DNA of 64,000 nucleotides. It comes from an uncultured Nitrososphaerota archaeon. GTDB taxonomy: Archaea > Thermoproteota > Nitrososphaeria > Conexivisphaerales > DTJL01. Below are positions 19,946-28,227 of this stretch, piece by piece. Both the position numbers and the translations under genes were made by a program. Under the pieces are notes generated by a model that ran no database searches, had not been told where the DNA came from, and worked only from the letters and a program-made list of their open reading frames with translations. The DNA lies in assembly GCA_963842885.1 (NCBI GenBank), contig CAWJIE010000003.1:416001-480000 (forward strand). The letters run 5' to 3'. The number at the start of each line of letters is the position of its first letter. Position 1 is the stretch's first letter.

Positions 19946-20077
19946 GTGGAAGAAACCGTACCCTCATGCTCCAGGCACAACATACGCATGAGACGGTCGG
20001 GTAAGGGCTTCGAATGCCCGGTTTGTGTTCAGATAGACGAACAGCAGCGAATGTCCAGAAGCCGAAGAAGACGATAG
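19946..20077 (+). CDS. Putative 43-aa zinc-ribbon micro-protein
   Basis: Manual translation (M)EETVPSCSRHNIRMRRSGKGFECPVCVQIDEQQRMSRSRRRR; CxxH..CPxC; GTG start. Confidence 0.55.
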   Translation: MEETVPSCSRHNIRMRRSGKGFECPVCVQIDEQQRMSRSRRRR

Positions 20078-20194
20078 ACTACGTCCAACCTTTTGTCGGA
20101 CTTTGGTCCAGCTTGGGCTCCGAGACCGGGAGGTCTGCAGGAACCCGTCGTCAGGTCGCACTACAAGAGCGAGTTCACGCGGTGAGCTGTCCAA

Positions 20195-21133
20195 TTGATT
20201 CATTCGACGGCATCCCGAAGATGCCCGAGATGTTCGGCCCAGACCTCCGTCTTCGATTCGACCAGCGGAGAGTACGTCTGTAACAGCTGTGGGTTCGTCC
20301 TTGAGGACAGGGCCCAGGAATCAGGCGTCGGATGGAGGGCCTTCTCCCCAGAAGAGAAGGACGCGTTGAGCCACACGGGAGCTCCTGAGTCGCTCTCCAG
20401 GCACGATATGGGGCTGTCTACCGTGATAGGGAACGAATACAAGGACGCCGGAGGCGCCAGGCTTTCGTCGGCGGCGAGGAACGCAGCGCAGAGGATGCGC
20501 ACGTGGGACAACCGCAGCGTATACCGGAAGCCTAAGGACAAGAACCTGATGATTGCCTTGAGCGAACTCTCTAGGTTGGTGGAGAAACTCAATGTGGGCC
20601 CAAACGTTGCAGAGCGTGCTGCCTACATCTATCGAAAGGCCCTTGAGATGAATCTCGTCAGGGGGAGGACGATAACAGGGATGGTCTCCGCTTCTCTCTA
20701 TGAAGCCTGCCGCAGCACTTCGACTCCCAGGAATCTGAAAGACGTCGCTGGCGTCAGCGACATGAAGAGGACGGACCTGGCCAGGTGCTATCGCCTCCTG
20801 TTGAGAGAGCTCAACCTGGCGATGCCCGTGGTGGACCCGTCAAGATGTGTCACACGCATCGCTAGCAAGGCTGGGATGTCCGAAAGGAACCAGAGGAAGG
20901 CGCTCGAGATCCTTGCCGCCGTAAAGGATTCGAGGGGGATGTCCGGGAAGGACCCCATGGGGCTCGCGGCTTCCGCCCTCTACCTTGCAAATACCATGAT
21001 CGAAGACGAGACTCATGTGACCCAGAGGGACGTAGCCGAGGCTGCGGGCGTGACCGAGGTGACGATAAGGAACAGGAGCAAGGGCATGCTTGAGATCATG
21101 GGCGATTTGGGCCTGAGCGCGACAGACGCATAG
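20195..21133 (+). CDS. tfb: Transcription initiation factor IIB, paralogue 2
   Basis: CPRC..CNSCG, WRAF, GKDPMGLAAS, GVTEVTIRNR. Confidence 0.95.
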   Translation: MIHSTASRRCPRCSAQTSVFDSTSGEYVCNSCGFVLEDRAQESGVGWRAFSPEEKDALSHTGAPESLSRHDMGLSTVIGNEYKDAGGARLSSAARNAAQRMRTWDNRSVYRKPKDKNLMIALSELSRLVEKLNVGPNVAERAAYIYRKALEMNLVRGRTITGMVSASLYEACRSTSTPRNLKDVAGVSDMKRTDLARCYRLLLRELNLAMPVVDPSRCVTRIASKAGMSERNQRKALEILAAVKDSRGMSGKDPMGLAASALYLANTMIEDETHVTQRDVAEAAGVTEVTIRNRSKGMLEIMGDLGLSATDA

Positions 21134-21451
21134 GGATCGACAACACAATCAAGGCCGGCTCGTCCTGACTGTTGCCCCCCGTCGAACGATCATCGCCTGA
21201 CAGAGCTCTCCTGTGTCGGCGCGGAGTTGTCTTCGCGGCGACCATTCAAATCGAGAGACCGCCTTCACTAGACCCAGACAGGCTTGCAACACCCTAAGTC
21301 AGCCGTTTGGTTTTTCGGACCATAGACACGGCTAGGAGATGATGGTTGATGGCGGAACAAAAAACCCCTCCGCCCATTCTCGTGGTCGATTTACGTCCAT
21401 TCTAGACCCGTGGAGAGGATTTCGCCCCTCCCGCATCTACCTGTACGTAAT

Positions 21452-21790
21452 CTACTGTGTCTTCCCAGCAGGCTCGGCATCTGTCGATGCGGGAGCATCC
21501 GCCGGTTGCGATGTCGTGTTTGTCGCGGGGGAAACGATCTCGGCGCTAGCGTACCTGTTCGATACGTTAGTGATCTTAACCCTCAGCTTCTGTCCGGTCT
21601 TCGCGCCGACAACAAAGATGATGAATCCCTGTATCTTTGCGATACCGTCACCGCGTCTCGAGATCTCAGTGATCTCGACGTCGTACTCCTCGCCAGCCTT
21701 GACTGGCTTTGGAGCGAAACTGCTTGGGCCACCGAAGCTACCGTAGCTCCGCCTGGCACCGTATCCGCCGCTGCGATTTCCGTAACTCAT
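21452..21790 (-). CDS. Single-TRAM-domain RNA-binding protein
   Basis: PKPVKAGEEYDVEITEISRRGDGIAKIQGFIIFV; Gly/Arg/Tyr-rich N-terminus. Confidence 0.9.
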   Translation of the reverse strand: MSYGNRSGGYGARRSYGSFGGPSSFAPKPVKAGEEYDVEITEISRRGDGIAKIQGFIIFVVGAKTGQKLRVKITNVSNRYASAEIVSPATNTTSQPADAPASTDAEPAGKTQ

Positions 21791-21947
21791 GTCGTATTCG
21801 TCACTAGGCGCTTATTGGCTGGTTATATTAAGCTGTTGGCTCCTCCCCTCCTTTCCTGTAAGGCAATCGGCCGACGGCGGCCCGCCTGACGGAACTCCAA
21901 CTATACACCCTTATGGCAGGACATCCGACCAGCTGACGAGGTTCCTG

Positions 21948-22418
21948 TTGGCGGACCCTGCTCCCAGAGATTCCACTTCGTCGCCTACACCGGGCAGGAA
22001 CGTCTGCTTTGAACACAGATGCATAAGCTGCTGCCAGGGGACGGCCATGGCCCTCTCCGAAGAAGACATGCGAAGGATAGAGTCGCTGGGTTACAAGGAG
22101 GAGTCCTTCGCGGTCGAATCGAAGGGGCTTGTAATCTTGAAGAACGCGCATCATCGGTGCGTCTTCCACGATGGCACCCGTTGCACCATCTACGAAGCGA
22201 GGCCCAAGGGATGCAGGCTCTATCCGGTGGCTTTCGCTGAATACTCGGGACGCGCTACGATGGACCACTTGTGCCCGTTCTGGAGTGAGTTCTCTTGCAC
22301 GCCTGAATCCGGCCGCGCATCAAGGGACCTACACCGTCTACTGATCGAGGAGGCCAGGCAACGGAAGAGGTCTCGCCTGCCGAAGTCTAAGGGCGGTCAC
22401 GACCGAGGGAATCGCTGA
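21948..22418 (+). CDS. YkgJ-family cysteine-cluster (Zn/Fe-S) protein
   Basis: C..CISCC, CVF..CTIYEARPKGCRLYP. Confidence 0.85.
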   Translation: MADPAPRDSTSSPTPGRNVCFEHRCISCCQGTAMALSEEDMRRIESLGYKEESFAVESKGLVILKNAHHRCVFHDGTRCTIYEARPKGCRLYPVAFAEYSGRATMDHLCPFWSEFSCTPESGRASRDLHRLLIEEARQRKRSRLPKSKGGHDRGNR

Positions 22419-22431
22419 GCCAGGCAGTCCG

Positions 22432-22826
22432 CTAGCGCCTGTATTCGCCCTCTATGTAGTAGAGGAATGAGCCCCTATAGTGGAAGGAGCCTCCAGAGCC
22501 GTCCAGAGGGTAGACCACTAGCTCTTCCCCGACCACCTCAATTCGTAGAGATGTAGGTTGTGCTCGAACTTCCCGTACGGCGTCACGACGTGTACGGCCT
22601 TCGCCAGCCTTGGCGATCCGACGAGGTTGTCCGAGAAGTCGGAAGTCTCTTGTGAACCGCTCATGTATTCCCTCCACTTCGGGCATGAGGCCGGCTGGTC
22701 CGAGCAGTATGGAGATCCATCCTTGTAGAAAGCGCACTGCAGGAAGTATGAGCAGCGCAGGGTCCTCTCCGGGGCGCTCTCGGGTTCTCTCCTCTCGACG
22801 AACCTCTGTTTACCGCTTGGAGCCAA
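22432..22826 (-). CDS. Hypothetical Cys-containing protein (probable frameshift near 22540)
   Basis: Two overlapping ORFs; four Cys in the N-terminal half. Confidence 0.45.
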
Positions 22827-23000
22827 ATGATCTCAGCAGTGCAAGCAAGCATGCAAATGGTATTTTACGTTCGATGTATTCTAACGTTGCATCTGTGCGC
22901 AAAAACTATTGACATGTCGAACCTTTCACGAATGGCTATGGAGCTACCCGCTCGCAACTTGCAGAAGAATATCAAGAATCTGCCGGTGAACCAATGATTC

Positions 23001-24269
23001 CTAAGCTGTGTCGGACTTCAGGCGCTTGACTATCTCCACTACCTTGTCATAGGTGACCCTGGGCTCCTTCTCGATCTCCTCGACCACCTTCGGTATCAGG
23101 TCCACGGGGGCGCCGGCCATGACAGCAAGGTTCCTGGCGTGGAGCCTCATGTGCCCCCTGCTGATGCCTTCCGTGGCCAGGACGCGCAGGGCGGCCAGGT
23201 TCTGCGCAAGGCCGACGGAGGCCATCACGCACGCCAACTCCTGGGCAGTCTTGACCCCCAACATCCTGATGGCTGCCTTCGCGACGGGATGGGTGGAGGT
23301 GGCTCCGCCTAGGATGCCCGACGCTATGGGAAGCTCGATGCTGCCGACGATGTCGCCGTCGGCGTTCTTCTCGTACTTGGTGAGAGAGGAGTAGTGACCG
23401 CTCCTGGCTGCATAGGCGTGGGCGCCTGACTCTATGGCGCGCGTGTCGTTGCCCGTTGCGAGAGCCACCGAGGATATGCCGTTCATTATGCCCTTGTTGT
23501 GGGTGGCGCATCGGAAGGGGTCGGCCTCGGCGAAGGCGTATGCGTCAAGTATTCCCTCGACGACGTCAGGACCTCCCAGGTCATCCTTGCCGAATGTTGC
23601 CCAAGATCTGGCCAGCCTCTTCGTGGCCAAATTGGAGAGGATCCTGAGCCTCACCCTCCCGCCGATCAGGCTCTCGATGAGGGGTGCGACAGTCTCGGCC
23701 ATGGTGTTGACGGTGTTGGCTCCCATCGCGTCCCTGCAGTCGGCCGTAATCTCAGTTATCACCATCTTCCCGCGGCTGGTATCTATGACGCGCGCATCGA
23801 GGTCCACGGCTCCGCCTCCCACCTTGACCAGCGTCGGGTTCGTCTCGTTGCTGATTTCGAGTATCTTGTCGGCATGGGCCAGGACCTTATGCACGGCGGC
23901 GTAGGGGTCGGCGACGCCGACCGATTGTATCTGGGCGACCATGAGGGGCCTGCTTGCGACGGCGTGGAAGCCTCCCTTGGCCCTTGTCATCTTCGCCGCG
24001 TTGGAGGCGGCCGCGATGACGCTGGGCTCCTCGATGGCCATCGGCACGGCATACTCCTTTCCGTTGATCATGAAGTTGGTGGCTACGCCAAGAGGCAGCT
24101 GAATGGCGCCTATCACGTTCTCAATCATTCGGTCGGCGACGTCTCTCTTCAAAGCTGTCATGGAGAAGATGGAGTCGGCTTCATCGTCGGTGATCCCAGT
24201 CATCTCCTTCACCCGCCGAATCCTTTCACCCATTTCAAGCTTGTAGAGGCCAGAAAGCGAAGAGCTCAT
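23001..24269 (-). CDS. hmgA: HMG-CoA reductase, class II
   Basis: MIENVIG, EEPSVIAA, DAMGAN, THNKGIMNG, GHMRLH. Confidence 0.95.
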   Translation of the reverse strand: MSSSLSGLYKLEMGERIRRVKEMTGITDDEADSIFSMTALKRDVADRMIENVIGAIQLPLGVATNFMINGKEYAVPMAIEEPSVIAAASNAAKMTRAKGGFHAVASRPLMVAQIQSVGVADPYAAVHKVLAHADKILEISNETNPTLVKVGGGAVDLDARVIDTSRGKMVITEITADCRDAMGANTVNTMAETVAPLIESLIGGRVRLRILSNLATKRLARSWATFGKDDLGGPDVVEGILDAYAFAEADPFRCATHNKGIMNGISSVALATGNDTRAIESGAHAYAARSGHYSSLTKYEKNADGDIVGSIELPIASGILGGATSTHPVAKAAIRMLGVKTAQELACVMASVGLAQNLAALRVLATEGISRGHMRLHARNLAVMAGAPVDLIPKVVEEIEKEPRVTYDKVVEIVKRLKSDTA

Positions 24270-24400
24270 TCGAAGTGTCGTTTAACCATACGTCAGTGGC
24301 GAGTACATAAACCATGTGAGAAGAGCGCCAATCGTTCGTCAGTCGATGGGTCATGGCCGAAAAGGTTTAAATCGTTTCTCAAGAGGAGCTTAACGAAGAA

Positions 24401-24498
24401 GGGCCGGTCGTCTAGCCTGGTCTTGGACGTCGCTCTGACTCGCGTTGTCGACGCGCAGAAGACGGCGAAGATCACAGGTTCAAATCCTGTCCGGCCCA
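24401..24498 (+). tRNA. tRNA-Val(GAC) with a 22-nt intron at non-canonical position 36/37 (24440..24461)
   Basis: Acceptor stem GGGCCGG/CCGGCCC plus A73; TCTG:CAGA central helix; CGCGT/ACGCG intron stem; TATA-like TTTAAAT at 24366. Confidence 0.85.
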
Positions 24499-24780
24499 TT
24501 GCAGGTCATATCCAGTGCGTGCCCTGATTCCGAACTTCAAGACCTCAAGTTGAGTCGCCTTGGAACCGCCCTCAGCCTTGCTGGCGTCTTCTCCTCCCTG
24601 ATTAGGGAATCCAGGATATTGGAGGTCCGAGTGTGATGCTGAAAACAGAAAGATGCATCTCCGAGTGTTCGCCTATCGGATGCTGCCGGCAAAGAACCTC
24701 ACGGATTGACGTCCCAGATCCCCATACTAGCTGGCTGCCTTAATCGGCCTCTTCCTTGAGCCTAGTTCGAAAGGAATCAT

Positions 24781-25293
24781 CTAGGGAGGAACTTCCACGG
24801 CGACCTCATTCCTACGCAAGAACCAAGGGGTGAAGGGAGCGTTGTACCTCATGGAGAACACCTCGCCTCTGATTCCAATCCCCGCATTCTGCAGCTCACC
24901 CAGCATTTCCTTGGATCTGGCATCGAAGACACCCTTGCTCCATCTTCCGGAGAACCTGAGGACGGCCAAATTCCTGGCAGGGATCTCCACAATCTTGACG
25001 CGCTCATCAACGGGCACGGGCGTTGTCTCGACTGTGTAGGATTCAGGCATGACGAAGGCTATCGATCCTCCGCCCGAGAGGACCGGCGCGGTCATCGGAA
25101 TCTTCTCCGAAAGGACAGGAGCGGTCATTGCGACCTTTGCCTTCTGGCTGTTCTCGCCGGTGATGAACCTGAACAGCAGGTTGAAGCCACCGTCTCCGTA
25201 ACCGTCCACCCTGGCAATTACCATTCGCGGGTAACTTCTGATTTCCACCTTCCCTAGCTTCTTCACGACTCTGTAGCCCAGTGTCTCTACCAT
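24781..25293 (-). CDS. SOUL heme-binding family protein
   Basis: EIRSYP, FRFITGEN, IPMTAPV, YNAPFTPWFLRRNEV. Confidence 0.92.
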   Translation of the reverse strand: MVETLGYRVVKKLGKVEIRSYPRMVIARVDGYGDGGFNLLFRFITGENSQKAKVAMTAPVLSEKIPMTAPVLSGGGSIAFVMPESYTVETTPVPVDERVKIVEIPARNLAVLRFSGRWSKGVFDARSKEMLGELQNAGIGIRGEVFSMRYNAPFTPWFLRRNEVAVEVPP

Positions 25294-25440
25294 TTGGAAT
25301 CGCGATGGCCAATCTGAATGTTCGGCACCATATAATCTCGCTGAATTATCCGTAGCTTCGGCGCCCTTGCAGGCTGGCTCGCGGGCATGGGAATCCTTAG
25401 ATATTCATCCCAGCATGTTCGGTCTTGAGGAAGCTGACTG

Positions 25441-26229
25441 ATGTCTCTAAAGAGAGGTGTTTCGGCTCTGCAGATGGGCAATGCTTTAGCGTTTGTCGCG
25501 GTGGTCGTCGTTAACGCCCTGGCGGGCGGCACCAAGCTGTTGAATGGTAGGAACACCGCTGACGTGTCCGCTGCCTATCCGACGCTTATCACACCGGCTG
25601 GTTTCACCTTCTCAATCTGGGGCGTAATCTACGTGCTGCTGTTCGCCTTCATCTTCTTCCAACTGGTGCCGCGGCACAGGGAGGACTCGTTCAATGGGCG
25701 GGTAAGCTACTTGTTCATACTGAGCAGCGTGTTCAACATCGCGTGGCTGTTCCTTTGGCAGTACGACTACATCGTGGCGTCAGTCCCACTGATCTTTGGG
25801 CTGTTGGCGTCGTTGATTGCCATCTATCTCCGTTTGGATGTGGGCAGGTCGAAGGCGCCTCGCGGCGAGAAGATCTGGGTCCATCTGCCGTTCAGCGTCT
25901 ACCTTGGCTGGATTACGATAGCTTCCATTGCGGATGTCTCGTCCGCCCTAGTTTCATTGAATTGGGGTGGTTGGGGGATCGCTCCAGCCGCTTGGGCTGA
26001 GCTCGTCATCGTCGTAGCACTAATCATCACACTTGCGGTGTTGGGCACCAGGAGAGACATTGCCTATGGCCTGGTCGTCGTCTGGGCTCTTGCAGGGATA
26101 ACGGCGAACCAGGGCGGGCATCCCCAAGTGGCCTTGGCCACAGAGGCTTCCGCAGCCATCGTAGCTGCAGCGATTCTGGTCGTCGCTTTCATTAGATTCG
26201 CCCGGGGTCCTACGAAGCCATCGGTATAG
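25441..26229 (+). CDS. TspO/MBR-related tryptophan-rich membrane protein
   Basis: TPAGFTFSIWGVIY, NIAWLFLW, PFSVYLGWIT. Confidence 0.8.
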   Translation: MSLKRGVSALQMGNALAFVAVVVVNALAGGTKLLNGRNTADVSAAYPTLITPAGFTFSIWGVIYVLLFAFIFFQLVPRHREDSFNGRVSYLFILSSVFNIAWLFLWQYDYIVASVPLIFGLLASLIAIYLRLDVGRSKAPRGEKIWVHLPFSVYLGWITIASIADVSSALVSLNWGGWGIAPAAWAELVIVVALIITLAVLGTRRDIAYGLVVVWALAGITANQGGHPQVALATEASAAIVAAAILVVAFIRFARGPTKPSV

Positions 26230-26387
26230 GGCGGAGGACGGGGCCCCTACATCACCAATCCGTCGCGGTAGTTCAGCCCGCTGCTGCGCTGGAATGATCC
26301 TGCCGCGTAGCGTAGAGGATGACCGGCGCGATCGCCACGGCGATGGATGAAGGCCAGAAGAGCCCGTCGGCGCGCCGACGACGCTTT

Positions 26388-26921
26388 CTACTTCTTCCTC
26401 TGGGCCAACAGGTAACCCAGTCCGCCAAGGATGGCGCCTGCCACAGCCATCACTATGAAGTAGCCGACCGGGTTTATCAGCTGGCTGAGTATCTGAACGT
26501 GTATCTGTCCCGTCGTGAGGCCTCCGCCTCCGCTCGAAACCGGGGCTTGGGCCACTCCAGCCGTGTAGCCCCCCCACATGAGCAGGAAGCAGGCTCCGGC
26601 GACCCCTACGTTCATCAGTATTATGTGAGCCCAAGCCAGATAGGAGGTTAACTCGCTGTAAACCTTGCCCAGGACAGATTCGATGTAGAAGTAGAAGATC
26701 GCCGTAACGGCGACCGCCACTACTCCGACCAGAACATATGACATGTAGCCGACGAAGAACCATGTGCCAGCTCCCCCTCCCGAGATGACCTTGGAAGGGC
26801 CATAGGTCAGGTACGGATCGATTATGAAGAGCGTCCACAGCACCGCAAGGAAACCCTGTAAGATAGAGGCCCAGATGAACCTCCCAGCCCATTTACCACG
26901 CACTAAAGTTGAAGCCGCCAT
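26388..26921 (-). CDS. 4-TM membrane protein with an intramembrane His
   Basis: Hydrophobic helices; LAWAHIILMNVG. Confidence 0.7.
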   Translation of the reverse strand: MAASTLVRGKWAGRFIWASILQGFLAVLWTLFIIDPYLTYGPSKVISGGGAGTWFFVGYMSYVLVGVVAVAVTAIFYFYIESVLGKVYSELTSYLAWAHIILMNVGVAGACFLLMWGGYTAGVAQAPVSSGGGGLTTGQIHVQILSQLINPVGYFIVMAVAGAILGGLGYLLAQRKK

Positions 26922-27079
26922 GTCCCTGTCGCGGCTGAAGCGACTCATTTCATATAAAAGCTACACACCAAATCCAACCCTACCTCCGACGGAAGACGGT
27001 CCGGACAGATCTTGATCGGGCACCCTGGCTTGAAAAAGTAGAAATAGACGGCGTCCACCGAAGTCTCGGCTGAACGAAG

Positions 27080-27661
27080 ATGGAGGAGAGAGATCGACGA
27101 ATCCTCGAATGCCTAGCAGACAGGAAGACGGCGGCCTCGGCGGAGATCGCGGCCTCCCTGGGCATGGACCTGAAGAGCGTCAACGAGAGCTTCAACGTCC
27201 TGTACGCCGCGGGTCTCCTGCAGTTCGCTGACAGGACGGGGTTCCTGAGCAGCAGGAACGAGTTCATACTGGCTAGGATAACCGAACAGGGGATATTGGC
27301 TGCGCATCAGAGCCGCACCCAGTCCGGGGCCCCTCCTGGCGGTCAAGGCGGAACACGCCCGGCCGCGGGGGAAGGGAACGTCGCCGCCGGAGCTGACCAG
27401 GTGCAGGCTACCCTGCAGAGAAACGCAGGCGACTTCCTCGGAGATATCTTGAGCCTGATTGATTCGAGGCCTGACATCAGTGACTACGAAAGAGGCGACC
27501 TGAAGAAGAAGGTGGAGGACCTCGGGGAGGCCATTTCAAAGGAGGATAAAGCGAAAGCGGACCAGATTCAGAGCTGGATGTCGAAGTACGCCCCTTGGAT
27601 CGCCTCTTCTCTTGCGACCCCTGAGGCCCAGGAAGCCATCAAGAAAGCAGTCAGTCCCTAG
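27080..27661 (+). CDS. Winged-HTH protein with a helical C-terminal domain
   Basis: DRRILECL..EIAASLGMD..L..AGLL..ITEQG. Confidence 0.65.
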   Translation: MEERDRRILECLADRKTAASAEIAASLGMDLKSVNESFNVLYAAGLLQFADRTGFLSSRNEFILARITEQGILAAHQSRTQSGAPPGGQGGTRPAAGEGNVAAGADQVQATLQRNAGDFLGDILSLIDSRPDISDYERGDLKKKVEDLGEAISKEDKAKADQIQSWMSKYAPWIASSLATPEAQEAIKKAVSP

Positions 27662-27735
27662 GGTCGAGGCTAATCAGGCTTCCATAGTTCTCTGCGCGTA
27701 GCTCTGTCCAGCCTCCTTCACAAGGGCGGCCGGCT

Positions 27736-28146
27736 CTAGCTCTGTTGCCCACTGGCTGTTGGATGGTCTCCGCTGCCCCCGGGCTTGGGCTTCTTGATCA
27801 CCATCTTCAGCTTCGCGTCCGTCGGGGGGTACATCTGGGTCTGGGACAGTCTCAGCTGATAGGTCCCGGCGACATCAACGGGGTACACGAAATGCAGCTT
27901 GGAAGAAGGCGGAGGGCTCAGGACAGGCTCATGGACCGCGCCGCTGGGATCCTTCCTGAAGAGGTGCGCCATTACGTTCACGACCGACGAGGCCGACACC
28001 TCCAGGACCATCCCGGGCTGAAGCTCCTCCGGCACCCTCATGATATAGGAGGACTGCCAGGCTGGCGGACGCGGAGGCACCACTTGCATTAGTTTCACCA
28101 ATTGCTCGTAGACTACTTCTTCGTACTCGACTGGAGCGGCTGCCAA
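27736..28146 (-). CDS. Hypothetical beta-rich protein
   Basis: 136-aa ORF, last gene of the minus-strand run. Confidence 0.55.
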   Translation of the reverse strand: MAAAPVEYEEVVYEQLVKLMQVVPPRPPAWQSSYIMRVPEELQPGMVLEVSASSVVNVMAHLFRKDPSGAVHEPVLSPPPSSKLHFVYPVDVAGTYQLRLSQTQMYPPTDAKLKMVIKKPKPGGSGDHPTASGQQS

Positions 28147-28227
28147 TGACCCTAACCCCTCAGACTTCGCCTGGCTTGCGAGGAATATTAGGCTTTCGAC
28201 GAGCTTCCCTGCGCCCCACGGAAGCGA

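Noticed and set aside
17984-24498. Integrated element bounded by the two tRNAs
   Set aside because: No integrase and no duplicated tRNA 3' end were seen, and the interval contains housekeeping genes (tfb, hmgA).
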